Shown one piece after another: positions 27,070 through 35,504 of a DNA stretch of 64,000 bases. How positions within the stretch are numbered: position 1 is the stretch's first letter; each line of letters starts with the position of its first letter. Below the pieces are notes generated by a model. It made no database searches. It was not told the DNA's origin and saw nothing but the letters and a program-made list of their open reading frames with translations. Where the stretch lies: positions 13,685-77,684 of the IMG/VR virus record IMGVR_UViG_3300033233_000027. One strand, given 5' to 3'. Made by a program: the position numbers and the translations under genes. This DNA is from a virus.

Positions 27070-27744
27070 ATGAATTGGAGAATAGCGATGAATCAGCCGA
27101 TCAGACTCGCACGACAATTTTCTCCCATCGGAAAGTCGATCCGCCTTGCTGGTGCCCGTCTTGGGAATCCAGATACATTCCTGTCGGATTCTCAGGCATC
27201 TGCGGTCAGGCAGGGCGCACAGACGCTTCTGCAAGCGATCGGGGCGTTGGGAAATCCAGCTAGTCTTTCTTCCTGGAAAAACTGGCTTGAGACCTTCTCG
27301 TACAGGCTTCAGCAGCCACCAGTTTATGTGGCAGATGACTACACCTCCACTCTCCAGGGGGCGTCCGATGCAATTGCGGCAGAGAACGCTAAGCAGGGTG
27401 GCCAGGTCCCGACGATGTTCCTCTACGCCGAAGAGGCGGCTCCATGGTCTGAGGCAGCTAAAGCGATTCTAGCTGAGATGGGAAATATCGGTAATCCAGC
27501 ATCCTTGGCCCAGCATAGGAGTAATCTGGAATCCCTAGTCTCGCAGTTCTCAGATGTCAAGCAGGATACCACGGGTCGAAATTATGTCGTGGTTCGATCT
27601 GATTATGGCCAGAGGATTGAAAACGCCAGAGCTGCTACGCAGCAGGCAAAGGCTTCTCCAACCGCCTCAACTGGTCCATCTACGGTCGAAGTGGCTGGTG
27701 TAATTGGAGTGATCGGCCTCGGCCTCTGGCTCGCGTTGGGTTAA
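27070..27744 (+). CDS. tail-anchored putative virion protein with internal duplication
   Basis: PIRLARQ...ARLGN leader; two GNPASL repeats; C-terminal TM. Confidence 0.7.
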   Translation: MNWRIAMNQPIRLARQFSPIGKSIRLAGARLGNPDTFLSDSQASAVRQGAQTLLQAIGALGNPASLSSWKNWLETFSYRLQQPPVYVADDYTSTLQGASDAIAAENAKQGGQVPTMFLYAEEAAPWSEAAKAILAEMGNIGNPASLAQHRSNLESLVSQFSDVKQDTTGRNYVVVRSDYGQRIENARAATQQAKASPTASTGPSTVEVAGVIGVIGLGLWLALG

Positions 27745-27796
27745 AAACTGCGGCACACCAATGGTAGGCAGCGTCTGAATAGCGAGGAGAGTAAAG

Positions 27797-28234
27797 TTGC
27801 CTGATACGGCCCCGCATCCAGCAAGATATCTGGATGCTACTAAGGAGGAGGCCCAGGCCTTCACTACTGCCGCCAAGCATGTGCTGGACTATGTGGCGCA
27901 GCATCTGGACAGTTCCCACGTCGCCTGCGACCCAGGAATTGCCGTATGGGCCAATAGGCTCTCTGCCGCTGTGGCACGCCTAGACCAGGATAAATCTGGC
28001 TTCTACAAGATCCCGTCAGAGGCTATTGAGGCCATTGCCAGAATATCAGAATGCGCCACAGCCATCTCCAGACACGTCGATCTGGTACGTCTGATTGCCT
28101 TCGTGGGCAGTTCTGCCGGCACATTCGGGCTTTTGGCCCTGAAACTGCCCATTCTGGCCTGGGTTGGCTACGGGGCCGCAGTGGCAGCCACGGTAATCGG
28201 CCCTTCCGTACGCATACCGCTCCTAGAGGATTGA
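27797..28234 (+). CDS. membrane protein
   Basis: GAGGAG RBS; two C-terminal hydrophobic helices. Confidence 0.6.
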   Translation: MPDTAPHPARYLDATKEEAQAFTTAAKHVLDYVAQHLDSSHVACDPGIAVWANRLSAAVARLDQDKSGFYKIPSEAIEAIARISECATAISRHVDLVRLIAFVGSSAGTFGLLALKLPILAWVGYGAAVAATVIGPSVRIPLLED

Positions 28235-28237
28235 GCC

Positions 28238-28702
28238 GTGATGTCGAAGAAGCGGATCCTCTACATCGTGCTCCCTGATCCGACCTTGGCGGGAGAAAGA
28301 CACCTCTGGGGCTGGACCATCCTGACTGGGAGAGGTGGCCCAGATGTCCATGTGGTCGACGGAAATGAGATGGCTAAGATCGTTGGGGGAGGGGTTGTGG
28401 TTCCAGCGGTCGGCTGGAAGAGAAAGGCTCGAGTGTCTTTCCAGGAAGAACTGACCATACCAGTCGGACCTGAACGTGCCTGGAATGAACTGGCCAAAAC
28501 ACTCAACCCTCAACCCAGCGAAGGTTCCGTCTCGGCAAAATACTCTGGTCCTTGGACTGGTGGTCGCTGGAGGATCGCTGGTCCATTCTGTTGTCCAGCA
28601 GATGCGTCTGGATTTGCGGCCGACGATGCGGGCCATACAGGGGCCAGCATCGCCGTGGAGCTCTGGACGATGACTTCAGGGAAGTGGAAGAGAACGGGTT
28701 GA
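28238..28702 (+). CDS. hypothetical protein (last gene of the + block)
   Basis: 154 aa, Trp-rich. Confidence 0.55.
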   Translation: MMSKKRILYIVLPDPTLAGERHLWGWTILTGRGGPDVHVVDGNEMAKIVGGGVVVPAVGWKRKARVSFQEELTIPVGPERAWNELAKTLNPQPSEGSVSAKYSGPWTGGRWRIAGPFCCPADASGFAADDAGHTGASIAVELWTMTSGKWKRTG

Positions 28703-28729
28703 GCCGCAGCTGGAATTGCCAGCTGCGGC
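28703..28729. terminator. hairpin at the convergence of the two transcription blocks
   Basis: Perfect 11-bp stem GCCGCAGCTGG-AATTG-CCAGCTGCGGC. Confidence 0.65.
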
Positions 28730-28749
28730 CACAATCTGAAGCGCAGCGG

Positions 28750-29028
28750 CTAGATCACGACCCCAGCCACGATTTCAGGAAAGACCACAAGATGATCTCC
28801 ATCGGCCACCCCAGCCTGCGGCAAAGTCTGCGTTTCAAGCAGACGTCGCCCCTTTTCCTTGTGGTCTAGGCTGTAGACCATCGGGGAGCCATCTGGAGAA
28901 ACGGCTGGGAGCAACATCTTCGTGATGATGTTCGGGAGGATCTTGGACACGGGGACGGAATCCGAGATCCTCGCTTTGACGCTCTTAGCACCCGTCTGAT
29001 CCAGAAAAATAACCATTCGGTCTGCCAT
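28750..29028 (-). CDS. ubiquitin-like beta-grasp protein (EsaB/YukD-like)
   Basis: ...ISDSVPVSKILPNIITKM.LP...YSLDHK..GRRL...QTL.QAGVADGDHL..FPEIVAG-VVI; AAGGAGG RBS. Confidence 0.75.
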   Translation of the reverse strand: MADRMVIFLDQTGAKSVKARISDSVPVSKILPNIITKMLLPAVSPDGSPMVYSLDHKEKGRRLLETQTLPQAGVADGDHLVVFPEIVAGVVI

Positions 29029-29076
29029 GGCATCCTCCTTCTGTTGCACAGAATGCGTACTGTGCGTACAACCGAA

Positions 29077-29532
29077 CTAAACCCTTCCTAATTGCTGCAA
29101 GAAATCGAACGCCTCTTTTGTAAAACATTCCCAGAACAGCTTGGCTGCGGCTGGAACCTCATTCGGATCGTGAACTTCGACACGGGCCGTAGGAAGGTGA
29201 ATCGCCACCTTGGCTACGTCCCATGTTTTACCTCCGACGCAGAACCACCCATCTATAGTTACTCGAGCCAGTTCAACTCCGCGGAGTGCGTAAATTAGTT
29301 TTGCGCCATCTCCCCGATATCTGAACCAGCCTTCGGGAATCATGTCCCCGTACTGGATTTCCGTAACCGACATCTGCCCGTCCCTTCTAATCAGCGTGCG
29401 GTATTTATCTATCGCCTCAGCAGTGGCGGCAGCAGCCCCGATCTTCTCTTCACGGTGCCCGCCATCGCCATGGATAACGGCTAGTACGCATCCTAGGAGT
29501 TCCCGGTACTCGTTCATCGATTCACGTCTCAT
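29077..29532 (-). CDS. hypothetical protein
   Basis: LAVIHGDGGH motif; 151 aa. Confidence 0.55.
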   Translation of the reverse strand: MRRESMNEYRELLGCVLAVIHGDGGHREEKIGAAAATAEAIDKYRTLIRRDGQMSVTEIQYGDMIPEGWFRYRGDGAKLIYALRGVELARVTIDGWFCVGGKTWDVAKVAIHLPTARVEVHDPNEVPAAAKLFWECFTKEAFDFLQQLGRV

Positions 29533-29809
29533 ATTTCATAGCCACGCTTGGCTTGTTCAATCCGCTCCCTTGGCACCAAGGACACTTTCCATCAACGGCT
29601 CGGAATACGGTTTCATCCTTCGTACTCTCCCAGGAGAAATTGCAGTCTGGTCCGTGGCAGTGACGTATCAGCTTAACCGAATCCCCTTCCAGAACTGATC
29701 CGAAGTTCGGGGATCCGCAGGTCGGACACTTGAACGCGTGATGCTTGCCAGTTCCAAAGCAGGCAGGACATTCTTTCGGAACTTTCGGTTTGCTCTTTGC
29801 GTCTGTCAC
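29522..29809 (-). CDS. Zn-finger protein (DnaJ-type CxxCxGxG)
   Basis: CPACFGTG, CPTCG, CPWCQGSG. Confidence 0.55.
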   Translation of the reverse strand: MTDAKSKPKVPKECPACFGTGKHHAFKCPTCGSPNFGSVLEGDSVKLIRHCHGPDCNFSWESTKDETVFRAVDGKCPWCQGSGLNKPSVAMKYET

Positions 29810-30028
29810 GAATAACCCTTTCCTGAATCACCCCCACTTTGTACCAAAATACCCAACTACGGTGGCCTCGTTTCGCACACTTACCCATGGGTACGTGGGC
29901 AATCTATGGCTTTGTTTTACATCGAACATCGACCGGCCGTACCTGTGTCCAGAATCCGTATATGGCCATCAGGAAAAAGGCTGAAGAAAGTATCGTGATG
30001 AATACCCAGTAGGCAGACATGGCTCACC

Positions 30029-30385
30029 TTACGTTTTCGGACGTGTCTTTATCTTCTCGCGCATTCTATCTGCGTCTTCTTGCACATCAGCGTTGAAGCT
30101 GGACCAATCAGATAGGTGCCCAAAAATAATATGGCAATCGTGCGAATTCTCATCACAGAGAGAGATGAGGTTCGTTTGATCGAGTTCCAGCGCAGGATTC
30201 AAATGAAACGGCTTCTTATGGTGGACCTGGACATCCTTCGTAACGCCGCAGACAGCACACATCGGGTTCTTCTCGAGATGCTTCTTGCGAACTGTCGGCC
30301 ATTGTGGACTTCTTTTCAAGCCAGCAGCCTTGATCGGTTTGTCCTGTGGGCGACCTAGGATGGCATTCCGAATTGCGTTTAGCAT
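30029..30385 (-). CDS. small HNH endonuclease
   Basis: CAVCG...VHHKKP...NLISLC...CH. Confidence 0.8.
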   Translation of the reverse strand: MLNAIRNAILGRPQDKPIKAAGLKRSPQWPTVRKKHLEKNPMCAVCGVTKDVQVHHKKPFHLNPALELDQTNLISLCDENSHDCHIIFGHLSDWSSFNADVQEDADRMREKIKTRPKT

Positions 30386-30581
30386 TGCGTCTCTTTCTTA
30401 TTGGAGGAACTCGCTCTCAGTTCATCAACCAAGATCTCAAGTTCAATGAACTCGTCCTCATACTGAGGCAGGATCGGAGTCTCAAGGCCCCCCATCTTTC
30501 CTAGCAACGCTTCTGCTGCCTTGAGAAGCCGGTTCAGGTTATCATTGCCCATCTGGCTTCACCATTTATCTCTTTTACGCA

Positions 30582-30653
30582 CTGCCCCGTCACGATTCGA
30601 ACGTGAACCTTCCGCATCCAAAGTGCGGCGAGCTACCGTTACTCCACGGGGCA
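30582..30653 (-). tRNA. tRNA-Gln (UUG)
   Basis: Cloverleaf with TGCCCCG/CGGGGCA acceptor, CCGCA-CTTTGGA-TGCGG anticodon arm, TTCGAAT T-loop; no encoded CCA. Confidence 0.9.
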
Positions 30654-30655
30654 TA

Positions 30656-30812
30656 GAGGACGGCAGGGGATCATCCCTGTCCCCCTGCCGTCTCTGGAAA
30701 GATCGGGGACACACCAACCCTAGGTATGTCCGGTTGAAAGAGCGATCCGCAGTGCGCACAAGTGGCGCTGCGGTAGCCGAACCGTGGAGCTCGCGCCCCA
30801 CGAGGACGGCTA
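30656..30812 (-). ncRNA. four-hairpin structured segment directly 5' of tRNA-Gln
   Basis: Stems TAGCCG/CGGCTA, CCGCAG/CTGCGG, GGACATACC/GGTGTGTCC, GACGGCAGGGG/CCCCTGCCGTC. Confidence 0.4.
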
Positions 30813-30825
30813 AGATTTCGTATAT

Positions 30826-31002
30826 CTACTTTTTCACGACTGGCCTGCATCTACGATGCCGGCGAGCGAACCCATTCAGGAGATCGTTGAACTGGTGTAC
30901 TAGGAGAGGAAGACCGACTGGCTCCTGGGATCCACACCGCTCGCATAGCATCGACGGAGGTTGCTGGTCGTATTTCAGGACGGCCCACCAAATGCTGTTC
31001 AT
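30826..31002 (-). CDS. 58-aa Zn-binding-like protein (not in ORF track)
   Basis: MNSIWWAVLKY...CERCG...RHRRC. Confidence 0.5.
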   Translation of the reverse strand: MNSIWWAVLKYDQQPPSMLCERCGSQEPVGLPLLVHQFNDLLNGFARRHRRCRPVVKK

Positions 31003-31014
31003 CGTTCTATCGTT

Positions 31015-31677
31015 TCACGCCATCAGCGGTAGTTCGTACTCGTCATAATTCTCGAAGGGATGATGTTCCCCGAATTTTGGATGGAGAATGTCGCAATCCA
31101 CGAACCGTCGTTGGCAGCCAATCGAAGCCCAGACGTAGTGCAGGCTTCCTCCAGTTCCTCCAAGCCTCATCTTGAGCGGGCTTAGGCCAATGGCCGCAGC
31201 AAGCGTCAGTACGAGAATTGTCGCATCGTCTGAGTCGCCGGACATCTTCGGACTCGGACACTGGAGCGGTCCAAGATCATTCAATTTGCTTTGAGCAAAT
31301 GCCGCTTGGATCGGATTCCAGAAGATATCCAGCACTTCCTTTGGCGTACGAAGTCGGCGCAGATTGTTTGCAGCAGTACGAATACATTCCGAGCCGATAG
31401 GATCCTGTACGTACACAAATCTGTCATGGCACCACGCGTACAGTCCCTGAAGCTGAACGAGATCGCGATTGTCTTCTGAGAGTACCACACCATTTTTACT
31501 AGCTGCCTCTGCTGAGAATGTGGCAATGAGATGCGCTGTATCTATTACCAGCGGATCGGTGTGGCCTTCACAGATGAAGTCTGCCATCCGACCAAGAGTG
31601 AATTGGACCGCATCAAACTCTGGCAATCTCCTAATTCTTGATTCACCTAGCCCTGGGATGTTGTCCTTACTCTTCAT
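31015..31677 (-). CDS. transglutaminase-like paralogue with substituted catalytic residues
   Basis: Colinear with 10651..11352 (DPLVIDTA, YVQDP) but has GDSDD and HYVW in place of GDCEE and HHVW; AAGGAG RBS. Confidence 0.75.
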   Translation of the reverse strand: MKSKDNIPGLGESRIRRLPEFDAVQFTLGRMADFICEGHTDPLVIDTAHLIATFSAEAASKNGVVLSEDNRDLVQLQGLYAWCHDRFVYVQDPIGSECIRTAANNLRRLRTPKEVLDIFWNPIQAAFAQSKLNDLGPLQCPSPKMSGDSDDATILVLTLAAAIGLSPLKMRLGGTGGSLHYVWASIGCQRRFVDCDILHPKFGEHHPFENYDEYELPLMA

Positions 31678-31706
31678 GCCTTGGCTCCTTCTAGGATTCC
31701 AGAATC

Positions 31707-31952
31707 CTATCGTTCTACGACCCCTGCTCCACAACACGTTGGGCAAGTCTTCTGCTTCGTACCACGAATCTCTCTGGCGAATACCACCGGGCTTCCCCAG
31801 TCAGCTTTTGTGAGGATGGCAACGGCCTCTTGAAATGTCTTTGCGGCAAGAACGGCTCGCATATCCTTAAAGCAGGAAGGCCAGTCATCGCATGGACTCG
31901 GTTCAATGTTCAGATACATCCGCTGTAGCTGTTTATCGGTATAGGTCTTCAT
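31707..31952 (-). CDS. hypothetical protein
   Basis: GAGGA RBS; C-terminal CPTCCG. Confidence 0.5.
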   Translation of the reverse strand: MKTYTDKQLQRMYLNIEPSPCDDWPSCFKDMRAVLAAKTFQEAVAILTKADWGSPVVFAREIRGTKQKTCPTCCGAGVVER

Positions 31953-31964
31953 GATTCCTCAATA

Positions 31965-32246
31965 TCACGCAGGCTCGTACGTCATCTCGAAAATGTCAGG
32001 CTTGCACGGGTACTTCTCGCCCTTGACCCCGGTGATGATCCAGTCGCCAACCCTGACCTCCATCACACCTTCCAAGGTGTCGATGAAGAATCCGTAGATT
32101 GGGCCGTACTTCCGGTTCAGGTCAATCTGGTACGCATCGCCCCCGCCCCACTTCTTCTCTCCACGGCGCATCCCATCGGGCAGTGGCCCATCTGGATTCG
32201 TGAACTGCACGGCCTCAATCACTACTGGTTTCTTGCGGAATCTCAT
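31965..32246 (-). CDS. conserved phage protein of the KKPVVIEA...TLEG...GDWII...YPCKPDIF family
   Basis: Family motif clearly present; GGAGG RBS. Confidence 0.8.
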   Translation of the reverse strand: MRFRKKPVVIEAVQFTNPDGPLPDGMRRGEKKWGGGDAYQIDLNRKYGPIYGFFIDTLEGVMEVRVGDWIITGVKGEKYPCKPDIFEMTYEPA

Positions 32247-32719
32247 TTCGCCTCCCCTCCAGTTACGCGCCCTTTATTGGAAAGCATTCCGCGATCTCAC
32301 GAACAAGTTTGAATCCAGCGCAGAGTCCATACCAAATGACGCCAGCGATGTAACCGAAAAGTAAACCAACTACGTAGAATGGCAACCAGATAAATGCAGT
32401 GGCGCATCCAGCCGCCCGACCACTCCTACGTAGTTCTTCTTTCGCATCCATGCTTCACCCTCCAGTATCACGACTTCGGCGCACTCTTTCGCGCCTGCTG
32501 AAATTCCGAACACGAGCCGCACTGGCAGCGTCGTCCATGGTTCAGGTACTTTCTGACTATCTTTCCGCACTCATAGCAGTGAATGCGTCGGAGTCCAACG
32601 AAGACCCTTCCAACCGAGGCCGCGCAGCACAAACAGTAGCCCGACCTCGCCTTTGCTACATTTGTGTGCCTTATGCTGTGCGAGCCCATGCGCGTTCCTC
32701 CGGGATTGTGTAGGGAGAA

Positions 32720-33127
32720 TTACATTCCTTGGTCTATCTGTTGGCGCAGGATTTCTACCAGCCGATGGATAATCTCTGAGAATTCTTCTGTGTAAGACGG
32801 GTCCCACCGCGCATCTTCCAATTCTATATGCTTAACCTTCCTTGCGGTCTTCCACCTCTTCAGAAGCTGCCTTGCCGTCGAGGCTCCATCGGCGTCCAGA
32901 TAACATTCATCGATTCTGACGACGGTGTGCATGTATCCGTTTTCGCTTACAAGAAAGACTGGCGTGACTTCACCCAGCCATGCCTTGAGAGATTTAGCCA
33001 GGATTTGACAACCACCAGTCGTCCAATCCTTGGCACCAAAATCATAAAGGATTTGATATGCCTCATCTGACTTTATCACCTCTCGTATCCTCCGACCAAG
33101 TTCTTTAAGAACAGGCGAGCAAGCCAT
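32720..33127 (-). CDS. hypothetical protein (possible papain-like fold)
   Basis: GGCQILA...HTVV...YLDADG Cys-His-Asp-like pattern. Confidence 0.5.
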   Translation of the reverse strand: MACSPVLKELGRRIREVIKSDEAYQILYDFGAKDWTTGGCQILAKSLKAWLGEVTPVFLVSENGYMHTVVRIDECYLDADGASTARQLLKRWKTARKVKHIELEDARWDPSYTEEFSEIIHRLVEILRQQIDQGM

Positions 33128-33145
33128 ATAATCCTTCCTCCGGAA

Positions 33146-33541
33146 TTACGAATTAGGTTCGATCTCCATCGCCTTCGCGACCCGCGCCAGACACGACCCG
33201 CAAGTCTTGCAATCTTCCGGATTCGGACGATCGGTGTACCACCTACTCGGCCCTCGGTATTTCGCCGGCGCGTCTTCCCCTTCCCAAGTAACGCACGGCA
33301 TCCCTGCGGCCTCGTCGACAACATCCCGCCTCGCTTCAGCAAGCTTTGCGGCCGGATGAATCTCAAGCGCCATCACGCGTTCAGCTTGGCGCACGGCGTT
33401 TCCCCATGAATCGTCTCGCACATCCGATCCCTCTATCAATACAGCTACCGTAGCCTGGAGTGCCTGCATGAGAGCGTTGCACCGAAGAGCGATTAGCTCC
33501 AAGTCTTGGCTGAGAATGGCGATGCGTTCTTCTGGAGTCAT
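33146..33541 (-). CDS. hypothetical protein
   Basis: 131-aa ORF in the block direction. Confidence 0.55.
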   Translation of the reverse strand: MTPEERIAILSQDLELIALRCNALMQALQATVAVLIEGSDVRDDSWGNAVRQAERVMALEIHPAAKLAEARRDVVDEAAGMPCVTWEGEDAPAKYRGPSRWYTDRPNPEDCKTCGSCLARVAKAMEIEPNS

Positions 33542-33568
33542 GCTTCACTAGATTCGCGCTTATGGGTC

Positions 33569-33901
33569 CTATTCGACCCTAAGAAACACAGGCACCGTCT
33601 TATAGCCAAGATTGCTTGCCGCAAAAGCTCTATGATGTCCCTCCATCCACACGTTGTCTTCATCTAGGGTATCCATCAGCATTGGCCTCAGGGTTCCTCC
33701 AGCTTCCAGCCCCATCATTACGTTGCGCACGCGACTATCAGATATCATGACGCATGAATCCCAAGCGACCTGAACCGCTTCCTCAGTTGGGAATTTGCGC
33801 TCAAATTTCCATGCTGTTTTCACAGCAGATCCGCCAAGGTGGCCCACGATCTCATGCTGATGTTCTGTGGGTAGCTCCGAAAATTTGTAGTATTTCTTCA
33901 C
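33569..33901 (-). CDS. ParB/Srx-like small protein
   Basis: PMLM...MEGHHRAFAASNLG...VPV motif. Confidence 0.6.
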   Translation of the reverse strand: MKKYYKFSELPTEHQHEIVGHLGGSAVKTAWKFERKFPTEEAVQVAWDSCVMISDSRVRNVMMGLEAGGTLRPMLMDTLDEDNVWMEGHHRAFAASNLGYKTVPVFLRVE

Positions 33902-34185
33902 TGGGTTTCTCCAGTCATCATTCAGTCGAATTACGCCCTCGGTACGAACAATGGCCCGGCGAGCAGGCGATACATCCGTCGTACACTTCCGCACACATCG
34001 CAGATCCTTCCCTCAAACTCATTGCCGTGAGCCTGGTCAAGGAAATACTCCGGGGCTCTATAGGACGACTTGTCCTTGCTCTCCGCAAGTCGATCACGGG
34101 CGTTCGCATAGACGATGCCGCAGTCAGCGCAGGCGCATGGGATGTCGGTGTAGCCCATCAGTCATCTCCTCACTTTCGCTCTGAA

Positions 34186-34452
34186 TCACGCCCTCGGAGG
34201 CCAATTCCAATGACCACGCTCCGGTTTCTCGCTCCACGAAACGGATGGCATATCGAACTGGCCGGTTGCGTAGAAAATGTGCAACGAGACTCGGTACTTG
34301 TTTTCCTCGATGTCGGGCATCGCCATGCCGGGGCCGAACTGATTGTGAAGTTGAACGGCGGTGATGATCGCCGCCTGTGTTTCAGGCGGATATTTACCGT
34401 CCTTGTCCCCGAGGTTCGTGTAGTGGACGATGCGCCCAATGGTCGGAATCAT
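34186..34452 (-). CDS. conserved hypothetical phage protein
   Basis: MIPTIGRIVHY...AAIITAV...W.WPPR motif. Confidence 0.7.
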   Translation of the reverse strand: MIPTIGRIVHYTNLGDKDGKYPPETQAAIITAVQLHNQFGPGMAMPDIEENKYRVSLHIFYATGQFDMPSVSWSEKPERGHWNWPPRA

Positions 34453-35504
34453 TTCGTCTCCTTTCGTGATTCGCTGGACTTGCGCTTCGCATTCCCCCAT
34501 CTGAGAATCGGGTGCGCGCCAGCGCCGTATCCGCACGCAGCATGAGTCCCCCCATGCCCCTCCTTACGGGTGCATCCGTACGTCTGCCGCGATGCACCGC
34601 ACTGACCATCAGTACAGCACAGTTTGCAATTCTTCATGGATGTCATGATCCGCCCTTTCCGCTGTAAAAACGCATCGTATTCGTCATGTAGCACGACGAG
34701 GTTGCAGGATCGGCAAGCTCCGCGCCAGGAGATCCGCAACGCACTCGGTGCAGAACGTACGCCGCTGCCCCTCTCCACCGCCGCTTGGCGTGAAATGCAG
34801 GGCATGGCAATCGCCGTGCTTCTCGCATTCATATTTCTTTGGAGGAGACATGTAGAAATACTCGCCCGTCTCACCCATCTCCATTACTACTCCCTCTCTC
34901 TAGTAGCACTCGTATCGTACGGTGTCGTTGGAAGGGGGGCCTGCCTACCCGATGGCTGGTCAGCGTGCGCTCGCACAACACGCGACTCCTCGCCCGTCTT
35001 AGGCCCCCAGATGATCCCCTGCCCACAACAGGATCGACAAGGTTCTGGCGCGGTTGACGAACTCGATCCCGTCCAGAGATAGAAACTGTTCGGCACGGTC
35101 CCGCGCCCGAGACATACCGGACATTGGAATGGCTGCATGTTTCCTCCTGTCACTTTTGGTTCGAATTACGCTTTCGAAGCGGCCACCTGCAAACACCCTG
35201 CGGGGGACGTCGAGTCCTTCCACAGACAAGGCACGGGCCTCTACCTGCCATCGTGTTCGCCAGTCCAGCAGACCACCGATGAATCTTCATGGACGGCCCG
35301 AATTCCGCTGCGTGCTCTTGCTTATCTTCATTGGGCTACACGCAGAATATTTCCACCATCGCATGATCCTGCACGTCGTATACGCCGCGCCAGTCGGCTC
35401 ATGTTCTCTGCGAGGATGGCACGGTCTAGCTAGGCTATGCGGATCATGCACTATCAATCCGCAGCACGAGGTTTCGGCAACGTAGACTACCGCTTTCGGC
35501 TTCT

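Noticed and set aside
8552-28702. Packaging ATPase or terminase in the structural operon
   Set aside because: No convincing Walker A/B pair found; the only clear P-loop in the window is in DnaB. It may lie outside the window
33754-34545. 263-aa + strand ORF in the minus-strand accessory block
   Set aside because: Antisense to several coupled minus-strand genes that carry recognisable phage motifs
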